Origin: a virus
Lineage: Duplodnaviria > Caudoviricetes
Virus record (IMG/VR): IMGVR_UViG_3300020428_000029
Location: 1 to 39,738 of that record
Reading direction: 5' to 3' (one strand)
Length of the DNA stretch: 39,738 nt
Part shown: one piece after another, positions 16,306 through 23,834 of the stretch
Layout of the letters: every line of letters begins with the position of its first letter
Numbering within the stretch: position 1 is the first letter of the stretch
Made by a program: the position numbers and the translations under genes
Notes under the pieces: generated by a model
Database searches by the model: none
What the model was told of the DNA's origin: nothing
The model's input: the letters and a program-made list of their open reading frames with translations, nothing else

Positions 16306-17142
16306 ATGCCCGATCTCGACACGAAAAAGAAGAAGCCCTCATTAAAGTCGGTTCCTTTCGAAAGATTAGATGTTAAAAAGATCAGTGGTACTGAGGACCC
16401 TCAACGAATTTTGTTGTTGGTTCACAGAACTTTGACTGAAGCTGAAGACCCTATGGATGGTCTTGTTGATAATCAAGACGAAACCAATCTTAGTTATTTA
16501 CCAGAAGATAAATGTGCTTACGAGTTTATTGATGCTTGCGAAACTAAGCCGTTAATGACCTTTGCTGAATATGCTCCATTTGATCATCCTCATCTGACAC
16601 TAAGATTAAGGGCTGATCAATTTACTATTGGCGAATTAAAAGATCGAGCGAAAGGTTTGGTGTTTACAAAACAGTCTTTATTCAATACAGCAGATAACTA
16701 CAGTAGACCAGTTATTGATCATAAGATGCCTCTTTCAGAGGTGATCTATTCTCGTGTTCCAGGAAATTATCCTCAAGATAATTCAGACAGATTTAATTGG
16801 AATCAGGAAGATCACGACGAGCAATTAGCACACGGCTACTCAAGCTGTATCGATTACAATATCTCCCGCAATCGAGGTGTACCAATAGAAGCCGCATTGC
16901 AGTCACTACCACAAAATCTATTGATTAACGCTACAGTAACAGGGAGTCTCGGTGATTGGCTTCGCTTCCTATGTAGCTCTACTTCTCTTAATGGCTCCTA
17001 TGAGTTGAGATCCATGTACGGAAAGATTGCTGCTCAGGTTAGAAAGTTTGCTCCAGAGATTTATAAATGGTGGTATTCAGGAATTCAAGATCAGGAATCA
17101 GCCGAACCAAACAGTAGGTTTGCGTCCAGCATGAGTCTTTGA
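16306..17142 (+). CDS. thyX: ThyX-like protein with degenerate active site
   Basis: PFDHPHL (cf. PlEHp.i), ELKDRAKGLVFTKQSLFNT (cf. QlrtHRvgisFdvQSmRYT), GVPIEAALQSLP (G...E.AR..LP), SYELR, APEIYKWW. Confidence 0.7.
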   Translation: MPDLDTKKKKPSLKSVPFERLDVKKISGTEDPQRILLLVHRTLTEAEDPMDGLVDNQDETNLSYLPEDKCAYEFIDACETKPLMTFAEYAPFDHPHLTLRLRADQFTIGELKDRAKGLVFTKQSLFNTADNYSRPVIDHKMPLSEVIYSRVPGNYPQDNSDRFNWNQEDHDEQLAHGYSSCIDYNISRNRGVPIEAALQSLPQNLLINATVTGSLGDWLRFLCSSTSLNGSYELRSMYGKIAAQVRKFAPEIYKWWYSGIQDQESAEPNSRFASSMSL

Positions 17143-17351
17143 ATATGTTAAAAGTTTGTCTTTTAAAAGATCTATATTCATCTGTTGCTCATCTAATAGA
17201 TGAATTGATTGAAGATCCCGAATACAGAAAGTATGTTCCACTGCTTTCCAGCTTGGAATATATCTTGGATGCCATTTACGTTTCTATCTCGAACGAATAT
17301 TTAAATGGCAAGGCCACAGCCTCAAGAACTGCTAGTAAAGTTCTTCCCTGA
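17139..17351 (+). CDS. hypothetical protein
   Basis: Fills gap between neighbours with overlaps at both ends. Confidence 0.5.
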   Translation: MNMLKVCLLKDLYSSVAHLIDELIEDPEYRKYVPLLSSLEYILDAIYVSISNEYLNGKATASRTASKVLP

Positions 17352-17760
17352 GTTAATTGACAAAAAAGTTTCTTCCAAGAATAAAGAAGCTTCTAAAGAA
17401 TTAAATGTCCGAATATGTGAAGCAATAATTTCGGACCTGATAAATAAATACGACAGCCTTTATAGCTACATGGGTGAAGGCGCATTAATCGTTAGGCTTG
17501 GTAGTCGTCACGGCAAAGATAATATAGACAACAATAATTACATCAATCGATTTACTCTTGAAAAAGACTTAAGAGACGCTCGCGAGAACAAGGACGAAAC
17601 AGTTGCTGAATTTTTCACCGACGTAATTAACAAAGTAAAAGCAACAGATGTCAACGAAGAAATCTGTATTGTTTTAGTCGATAATTCAGGAGGGTCAGCC
17701 TGCGTTATTCCTAGGGATAACCCTGCTAAACGAATATCAGCAATGATGGATGGACTGTAA
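17305..17760 (+). CDS. hypothetical protein
   Basis: 151-aa ORF in operon. Confidence 0.75.
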   Translation: MARPQPQELLVKFFPELIDKKVSSKNKEASKELNVRICEAIISDLINKYDSLYSYMGEGALIVRLGSRHGKDNIDNNNYINRFTLEKDLRDARENKDETVAEFFTDVINKVKATDVNEEICIVLVDNSGGSACVIPRDNPAKRISAMMDGL

Positions 17761-17762
17761 AC

Positions 17763-18386
17763 ATGTCCACCACAAGGGTTGATCGATGTGATCTCGCTCC
17801 TCCAAGCAGCGTAGTTCAAGGTGCTCGTTCTGTACTTGGGGCAATCGACCTCGACCCTTATTCGACAAAAGATATAAATCGATTAGTCACAGCAGCTCGT
17901 TATTACGATCGTGATGAGGAGTCGTTAGACGACATCATCAGAAAACAATGGGATGTTCCTGGAGAAGGACGTGTCTTTGTTGGTGCCCCTGCAGGAGCTG
18001 GCTTAACAAGAAGATTACTTAATAAGACATTAATTGAATACAGGGCAGGACGTATTAGTCATGCCGTTCTTTATATCGGTCACAACGAGGCGATCATCCG
18101 ATCACCTTGGCTTTGGGATTTTCCTATTTGTTTTCCCTTCAGGAGATTGAGACCTCAATGGTGGGATGACGAGCTGGAAGTCTTTCGTGGAATATCCCCA
18201 GCCGATTGGTCAGCCGTGGCTTATTTGCCACCGCCTGAACCTAATCAATTTCACACCATGCTTTCCAGGTTTCACAACGCTTTTAGTCCAGTAGGACGAG
18301 TTGTATTCAATGAATTTAGTGGTGAATCTGATTGGTCTGACTCTTATAAAGCGACCTTCGGTAAGGACTACACCTATAGGGGATAA
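17763..18386 (+). CDS. phage N6-adenine DNA methyltransferase-like protein lacking NPPY
   Basis: PP..V..ARSVLGAIDLDPYS...N..V.A..YY...W...GRVFVGAPA; the family reads GRVFlNPPY at this position. Confidence 0.75.
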   Translation: MSTTRVDRCDLAPPSSVVQGARSVLGAIDLDPYSTKDINRLVTAARYYDRDEESLDDIIRKQWDVPGEGRVFVGAPAGAGLTRRLLNKTLIEYRAGRISHAVLYIGHNEAIIRSPWLWDFPICFPFRRLRPQWWDDELEVFRGISPADWSAVAYLPPPEPNQFHTMLSRFHNAFSPVGRVVFNEFSGESDWSDSYKATFGKDYTYRG

Positions 18387-18387
18387 G

Positions 18388-18798
18388 ATGAGATCTTTTA
18401 AAGCACCAGACGGAAATGTTTATCTAGGAATTAGATCTGTTGTCTACGATTCCTGGATCATGTGGAACGATGTTTTACCTGACCCACAAGATAAGCAACC
18501 ACTAATGACTAAAGATATATATGAGAACATAACTGAACTTGGTCTTCGCATTCACAAACTGCATCAGTCAATGCCTAACTATAAACAAATGACTGAGTCA
18601 CCTTTTAACTTCGTTCTTTGGTGGGACCCTGACGATGATGACGATGATTGGAGTCGAGGAAAGGTCTGTCGTTTTATGATTAATGATTATTCTTCAGAAG
18701 ATATTTTGTTCTATAGCAAGTCTAAAAAAGGAAACAAGTTACTAATTAAACCCATGACAAGCAGACTTGTAGAAGCTCGTATTATCCCTAAGCCTTAG
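18388..18798 (+). CDS. possible degenerate peptidase M15-like protein
   Basis: IMWNDVL (cf. FTWaEat), ENITELG (nI..lA), PFNFVLWWDP (Pf.itSWYRP), WSRGKVCRF (H..G.AiDF); zinc ligands absent; ATG 18388 preferred. Confidence 0.45.
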   Translation: MRSFKAPDGNVYLGIRSVVYDSWIMWNDVLPDPQDKQPLMTKDIYENITELGLRIHKLHQSMPNYKQMTESPFNFVLWWDPDDDDDDWSRGKVCRFMINDYSSEDILFYSKSKKGNKLLIKPMTSRLVEARIIPKP

Positions 18799-18908
18799 CG
18801 TCTCCAGTTACTTCTTCTCTTGGGAAGTTCAGTAAAATTCTTATACGTAAAATACAAATTCGTATAGGCAGCCACGACAAGTAATAGCAGCAAGAAAGTG
18901 TTAATCAT
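18795..18908 (-). CDS. small single-TM protein (37 aa, not in ORF track)
   Basis: MINTFLLLLLVVAAYTNLYFTYKNFTELPKRRSNWRR; ATGA overlap with upstream lipoprotein gene. Confidence 0.65.
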   Translation of the reverse strand: MINTFLLLLLVVAAYTNLYFTYKNFTELPKRRSNWRR

Positions 18909-19093
18909 TGGTAGCACTCACAGATGTTTGGGTGTTCTCCAGTCGCACAATATTGTTGCCAAAAGCCTGCTGTTGATTCACAGGTTTGTCCATCTGGTTT
19001 TCCTGGACCACTCCAATTAATCGCTCCCATACCACCATTGGTACATCCGATCATTCCGAAAATGAGTGGTGAAAGTAATAACAATCTCATCAT
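18905..19093 (-). CDS. small Cys-rich lipoprotein
   Basis: MMRLLLLSPLIFGMIG-C lipobox-like; four further Cys; ATGA overlap at 19093. Confidence 0.65.
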   Translation of the reverse strand: MMRLLLLSPLIFGMIGCTNGGMGAINWSGPGKPDGQTCESTAGFWQQYCATGEHPNICECYQ

Positions 19094-19341
19094 GTTCCTA
19101 AGTCCCTCTTCGCTTCCCATGCCTCTCTTCTTGCTCCATATTCATCTAATGAATCTCTGAATATTTTACTCTCTTCTGCTTGTTCAGCAGACCTACGATT
19201 CAATACTTGGATACCACTTCCACCATCAATACTCTTCCTTCCTCCTGTGCTTCCACCATAATTTTGAGCCGAATGGTTAGCTCGTCTCGCTTTCTCTAAA
19301 TACTTCCTAACCAATTTGTTCTTAGGATTACTGAATTTCAT
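19090..19341 (-). CDS. hypothetical protein
   Basis: 83 aa, AGGAG RBS. Confidence 0.65.
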   Translation of the reverse strand: MKFSNPKNKLVRKYLEKARRANHSAQNYGGSTGGRKSIDGGSGIQVLNRRSAEQAEESKIFRDSLDEYGARREAWEAKRDLGT

Positions 19342-19582
19342 ATGTTGCTCCTAAAAATAATAATTTTTCTGGCCATTTATTTTGAGGCACGTGCTTAATC
19401 ATTAGGTAGAAATGAAAGTTATGCACCATCGTCAGCATAACGATTACCAATGTAGGAGTGAGTCCTCTGGGGTCTTGCAAGACCTCATTGCATAGATGAA
19501 AGCCTTCGAATAGCTGTCTCTCCATTTGATGGATTGTCAGTTCTTTGGCTTTATCTTTGGGAGTGCGTGCTTTGTCACTCAA
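19328..19582 (-). CDS. hypothetical protein
   Basis: 84 aa, TTG start, divergent from DUF5664 gene. Confidence 0.6.
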   Translation of the reverse strand: MSDKARTPKDKAKELTIHQMERQLFEGFHLCNEVLQDPRGLTPTLVIVMLTMVHNFHFYLMIKHVPQNKWPEKLLFLGATYEIQ

Positions 19583-19636
19583 TGCGGTTGCCTTGTCTTT
19601 TTCTTAAGCTTATCCTAGGCACAATAGAAGTAGGTA

Positions 19637-20095
19637 TTGGTGAAAACACGCTTTGATCTCTTGCCCTTTAGCTCTCTTGGAGACATCGCTGATGTTCTCA
19701 GTATTGGCGCTCAGAAGTACAGCCCTAATAATTGGTGCAGAGGTACCGAATGGAGTAGGTATTTCGCAGCCTTATGCAGACATATATTCGCATGGTGGCA
19801 AGGAGAAGATCGAGATGCTGAGACAGGAAAGTCTCACCTCGCCCATGCTGGATGCTGCTTGCTCTTCCTCATGGAGTACGAACGAAATACTTGGGGAACC
19901 GATGACCGATTCACTGGACCAGACGGTGAAGTCTTTACCAAAGGAGATGGATTAGGCAATGATAATTTTGAATTCGATTATGAGTTATATCAAGAAGTTT
20001 TGAAGTGTCATCCGTTGGATGATTTGCAGTCTTTGAAGTTCGCTACTGAGTGGAGTCCAGCTCAAGTTGATCGCATTGATTTGGGCTTGGATTAA
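19637..20095 (+). CDS. dATP/dGTP diphosphohydrolase (DUF5664)
   Basis: RFDLLP, VL..GAQKY..NNW..G..WSRY.AA..RH, GEDRD.ETG.SHLAHA. Confidence 0.88.
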   Translation: MVKTRFDLLPFSSLGDIADVLSIGAQKYSPNNWCRGTEWSRYFAALCRHIFAWWQGEDRDAETGKSHLAHAGCCLLFLMEYERNTWGTDDRFTGPDGEVFTKGDGLGNDNFEFDYELYQEVLKCHPLDDLQSLKFATEWSPAQVDRIDLGLD

Positions 20096-21258
20096 TGATG
20101 AAAATATCGATTATTGGAGCGGGTAATGCTGGTTGTTTTACAGCATTACAGTTAGCGGATTTCGCTAAGGATGTTGGACTAGAGCTAGTCATTGAGATTA
20201 TCTATAACCCTGAGATTCCACCCCAGCGTGTAGGTCAAGCAACCTTCCCTCACCATCCATATCTTCTTTGGAATACATTGCCCAAAGAATTTAATTGGCA
20301 ACGTAATCAGGTCGGAGCAACTCTCAAAACAGGCATCCATTATGAGGGTTGGGGAAAGAAAAATAAGCAGTTTTTCCATCCTTTTCCAGCACATCAAACA
20401 GGGATGCATTTCTATCCTCCCAGTCTTCAAGATGTTGTTATTAACTCAGGTCTTTTCGATATTAAAACTGGCGATGTCAAAGACTATTCAGAGATTGATT
20501 CTGACTTTATCTTCGATTGCAGAGGCAAGCCGAAAGACATGGAGGGTGCTTATACCGATCTTGTTAATCCAATTAATACTTGTCTTTTATGTAAGCCAAA
20601 ATGGGATACCTCAGTAAATACATTTACACGAGCTGTAGCTACTCAAGATGGCTGGAGTTTTATTTTACCTGCTGACCCAGACTCACCATCGAGTCAAGGT
20701 TGCTTGGGCTATTTATACAACAGAGATATTTCCCCTAAGGCAGACGCACTTCGTAATCTGAAAAATAAATTCGATGTTTATTTAACTGATTATTTGGAAT
20801 TCGATAACTACGTGGCCAATGAACCAGTTATTGATAACAGAATTTTTCTTAACGGAAATCGCCTCTATTTCTTAGAGCCTTTAGAAGCAACTGCTATCTA
20901 TATCTACACAGAGTGGGTATTGCAGTGCTGCTCGTTAATTACTTCCTACAACAAGAAACAAGATGTATCGCATTTAAAAGAATATATCCACAACCTCGTA
21001 CATCAAGTCGAACGATTCATTCTTTGGCATTACCAGAATGGTTCTCAGTACGATTCTGATTTTTGGAAATATGCCCAGAACTTAAAGATCGACAAACCAG
21101 ATCCCAAGTTCACAGAGCTGATTGAAAACCTTGAAACCACTTCATTGCCTGTGATTAAACAAACTGAGCAATCACATCGATGGCCAGGAGGTAATTACGG
21201 CGTCTGGGCGCCTTCTAGTGGCAAGTACTGGTTAGAAGGAGTGACACAAGAACTATGA
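20095..21258 (+). CDS. flavin-dependent tryptophan-halogenase-like protein
   Basis: GAGNAG FAD motif, VGQAT, ATLKTGI (catalytic Lys position), DFIFDCRG, GWSFILP, FLEPLEAT. Confidence 0.85.
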   Translation: MMKISIIGAGNAGCFTALQLADFAKDVGLELVIEIIYNPEIPPQRVGQATFPHHPYLLWNTLPKEFNWQRNQVGATLKTGIHYEGWGKKNKQFFHPFPAHQTGMHFYPPSLQDVVINSGLFDIKTGDVKDYSEIDSDFIFDCRGKPKDMEGAYTDLVNPINTCLLCKPKWDTSVNTFTRAVATQDGWSFILPADPDSPSSQGCLGYLYNRDISPKADALRNLKNKFDVYLTDYLEFDNYVANEPVIDNRIFLNGNRLYFLEPLEATAIYIYTEWVLQCCSLITSYNKKQDVSHLKEYIHNLVHQVERFILWHYQNGSQYDSDFWKYAQNLKIDKPDPKFTELIENLETTSLPVIKQTEQSHRWPGGNYGVWAPSSGKYWLEGVTQEL

Positions 21259-21407
21259 ACTGCTGGCACTGTAAAGACGAATTGATCTGGTCGAGTGATT
21301 CAGAAATCCCTGAACATCTCGAAAGTGAAGAATACGACTTCATAACTTTTTTAAATTGTCCTACTTGTCAGTCATCAGTTGAGGTATGGCATCACAAGCA
21401 GGATTAA
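21255..21407 (+). CDS. small zinc-ribbon protein (50 aa, not in ORF track)
   Basis: MNCWHCKDELIW...LNCPTCQSSVEVW; ATGA overlap with halogenase. Confidence 0.8.
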   Translation: MNCWHCKDELIWSSDSEIPEHLESEEYDFITFLNCPTCQSSVEVWHHKQD

Positions 21408-21490
21408 TATCTTTGTTCTGGATAAATAAAAATCATCCAATAAATTAATAAAATTATCAAGCATATCGTTGGTATCAACCAACTCGTCAC
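21404..21490 (-). CDS. 28-aa single-TM peptide (not in ORF track)
   Basis: GTG start in GTGA overlap; MTSWLIPTICLIILLIYWMIFIYPEQRY. Confidence 0.5.
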   Translation of the reverse strand: MTSWLIPTICLIILLIYWMIFIYPEQRY

Positions 21491-21927
21491 TGCCTTGGCT
21501 TTCTATTTCTTGGCTTCATTTGTCTAGCTAATTCTTCAATCTGAGGAATTGGAATATCTAACTGTTCCGATACTCTGCCTTGAAGTTCCTGTATCTTCGC
21601 CATGTTCTGTCTATTCAACTCCTGATACGAGGTAGGTAATGTGGGTTGTACTGGCTCTGGTCTTGGTTGCTGACTTTGAATAGCTAAACCAATATTGTTC
21701 ATCTCAGACTGCACCTGAGCAACGACAAGAGGAGGGACTTTGTTGATTGCATCTTGTACCTCGTTACGTGTGATCAACGTAGGTAATACTCTTTCTATCG
21801 CATCAATCCTCGGATCTGTAGGTACCACCTGATTATTGCTTTTTTTGCCCTTAACCCCAAAACTTACAAATTGTCCTGCAGCTAGTCCAATAACACCTGC
21901 CATTAAACCAGAAATTAGTAATTCCAT
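21487..21927 (-). CDS. membrane-anchored Gln-rich protein
   Basis: N-terminal TM helix, GGAG RBS. Confidence 0.7.
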   Translation of the reverse strand: MELLISGLMAGVIGLAAGQFVSFGVKGKKSNNQVVPTDPRIDAIERVLPTLITRNEVQDAINKVPPLVVAQVQSEMNNIGLAIQSQQPRPEPVQPTLPTSYQELNRQNMAKIQELQGRVSEQLDIPIPQIEELARQMKPRNRKPRQ

Positions 21928-21978
21928 AAGCTCCGTCTTGCACTATGCAATCTAGTGCATCTCAACATAAATTGCTAA

Positions 21979-22302
21979 TTACTCGTCCTTCGTCATGACA
22001 ATTTCTTCCATGTCTAAGACAAAGTTGGCTTCATCAATCATGTCCTGTACGAATTCAGTATCTTCTTCTAAAAGAAACTCCTCCACATCATCACCTTCAA
22101 AAGGTAGACAAGGAGTCCCTTCGTTGAATTTAAAAACATATCCTGCTTCTTTACTAGCAGCAAGAAAGACTTGCTTCTGCCTGAACCGCCCCTCCCAACA
22201 ACTTAGTAATGCGTCGACAAGCTCGTCCTTTGATTGAGTCTTCGCTTCCATCGCAATCTTGTGCAATAGAAAGATTTGCTCGTCTGTGAGGTTTGTATTC
22301 AT
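21979..22302 (-). CDS. nblA: NblA-like phycobilisome degradation adaptor with acidic C-terminal extension
   Basis: LTDEQIFLLHKI...SKDELVDALL..WE.RF.QKQVF matches NblA LtlEQ.F helix-loop-helix pattern; AGGAG RBS 9 nt upstream. Confidence 0.7.
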   Translation of the reverse strand: MNTNLTDEQIFLLHKIAMEAKTQSKDELVDALLSCWEGRFRQKQVFLAASKEAGYVFKFNEGTPCLPFEGDDVEEFLLEEDTEFVQDMIDEANFVLDMEEIVMTKDE

Positions 22303-22678
22303 CGTTGGTAGCTCCTGATAAACACCATAGATCGTGCTTTAAAGGCTTTATCCATGCCTTTATTCTGTCGCACCTGTCAGTGCAAAAGAATGATTGTTCG
22401 ACATACCATGCTTCCCAATCACGGTTAGAACCTTTCGATGAATTACATGATAAGCAAGCTGGCACGAGATTGGTGCGTAAGCTTTCGCCGCCATGTGCTT
22501 TTGGTCTGACATGATCTATCGTTAAACGACTTCGGCAGTCGTCGCCTTCAACGTGCAAACCGCAATAAGCACAGCACCCCCATTCGTCTTTGATTGATTG
22601 TTTAAAGCGTCTGAGGGCAGCCCCTTTTGATATTTCTATCAGGTCGAAACGGATGTTCTCCCAGCGTTCTGGTATCAA
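22154..22678 (-). CDS. HNH endonuclease (McrA-like)
   Basis: CAYCG, LTIDHVRPKAHGG, NLVPACLSCNSSKG intact. Confidence 0.88.
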   Translation of the reverse strand: MIPERWENIRFDLIEISKGAALRRFKQSIKDEWGCCAYCGLHVEGDDCRSRLTIDHVRPKAHGGESLRTNLVPACLSCNSSKGSNRDWEAWYVEQSFFCTDRCDRIKAWIKPLKHDLWCLSGATNDEYKPHRRANLSIAQDCDGSEDSIKGRACRRITKLLGGAVQAEASLSCC

Positions 22679-22777
22679 AGACCCATGTCAGTTGTTATTA
22701 CCCTAACCTTGATGAGACGTAGTCATTTTTTATTCCAATTTGAAAACCTATAAAATTAAGAGTAACGCTTAAATTCA

Positions 22778-23008
22778 ATGAAGATCATCAATATTCTTGC
22801 GATTGCAAGTTTCGGTATCAGCGTTTCTCTGGTCGGTGGAACGATTGCTGGCTACTTCTGGGTCACCAGTGATACAACCCTTGAGATGATTAAAGGGAAG
22901 GTTCTGAATTCTCTGACTCCAGACCTTACAGAAAAAGTCTCCGAAAATCTACCTCCTATAGATGTCCCTGCGCTGCCTAACAAAACAGGCGGTGCAATAC
23001 AAATGTAG
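22778..23008 (+). CDS. small membrane-anchored protein of cyanophage type
   Basis: MKIINILAIASF N-terminal TM, Pro-rich tail LPNKTGG. Confidence 0.75.
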   Translation: MKIINILAIASFGISVSLVGGTIAGYFWVTSDTTLEMIKGKVLNSLTPDLTEKVSENLPPIDVPALPNKTGGAIQM

Positions 23009-23012
23009 TTAG

Positions 23013-23834
23013 GTGGAGATTAAGAGAGTTTTTATCAGGAATGTCGATGTTCCTGATATACCTGTTTGGGCAGTTAATATCCCCGACAGCCTGCCTCTAA
23101 TCCCTCCTGTAACGGTCAATATAGGTTTTCCTATTATCGACATGCCTGGGTGCGTAGAAGCGCGTGAGCAAAGCGGAAACGATAATCTCTATCTGGACGA
23201 CCCTAACGGCACATTAACCCTGTGCGACGCTCCTGTCCCAACGCTGAGAACTCCGCAAGTAAATCCTAATAATCTACCTCCAGAAATTGAACCAGAAAAA
23301 ATAGTTAATTTACCTGATGCCTCAGTAGCCAATATTGGCGATCAAAAAGAGGAGTCAGAAGAAACAGACGAATCTAAAGCTGAAAATACTCAACAAGATT
23401 TCACTAAGCCAGAACTCCCCTCTGGTGATCTGAAATTAAATTTGCCGAAAAATAATGACGTCAAATTAGAATCCTGTCCTCGTCCTGATGACCCGCCCGT
23501 TGGGAGTAAGGGGAAATTTGGTACTAAACGTGTCGAATCCTATTTCAGAAATGAAGAGGGTGAATGTGTGACCAACTGGGTTGCAGAGAAGCCGCAAGAT
23601 GTAGCTTTTACATATTTGCCCCCTCCTCCATTGGTTCTTACAACAGGAGCTACTGCTGCGGTTGCAGTAACTAGTTCTGTGTTAATTAAGCCTCTAAGTG
23701 ATTATCTACTTAAGGTTGTGAAACCCCTTGTGAAGAAGGTTCTGAAGAAGTCTCTCCCGAAATTGTTGAAGAAGAAGCCCAAGGTGCTTTCCGTTCGTGA
23801 ACGACGTTTAGAACAGAGGAGTCTTCGGAAATAA
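23013..23834 (+). CDS. Pro-rich protein with C-terminal TM and basic tail
   Basis: IG.PIIDMPGCVEA motif recalled from cyanophage hypotheticals; paired Cys; TM; KPLVKKVLKK tail. Confidence 0.8.
   Translation: MEIKRVFIRNVDVPDIPVWAVNIPDSLPLIPPVTVNIGFPIIDMPGCVEAREQSGNDNLYLDDPNGTLTLCDAPVPTLRTPQVNPNNLPPEIEPEKIVNLPDASVANIGDQKEESEETDESKAENTQQDFTKPELPSGDLKLNLPKNNDVKLESCPRPDDPPVGSKGKFGTKRVESYFRNEEGECVTNWVAEKPQDVAFTYLPPPPLVLTTGATAAVAVTSSVLIKPLSDYLLKVVKPLVKKVLKKSLPKLLKKKPKVLSVRERRLEQRSLRK

Noticed and set aside
19637-20095. Claim of a Z-base (2-aminoadenine) genome
   Set aside because: DUF5664 alone is insufficient; no PurZ or HD-phosphohydrolase is seen in this window.
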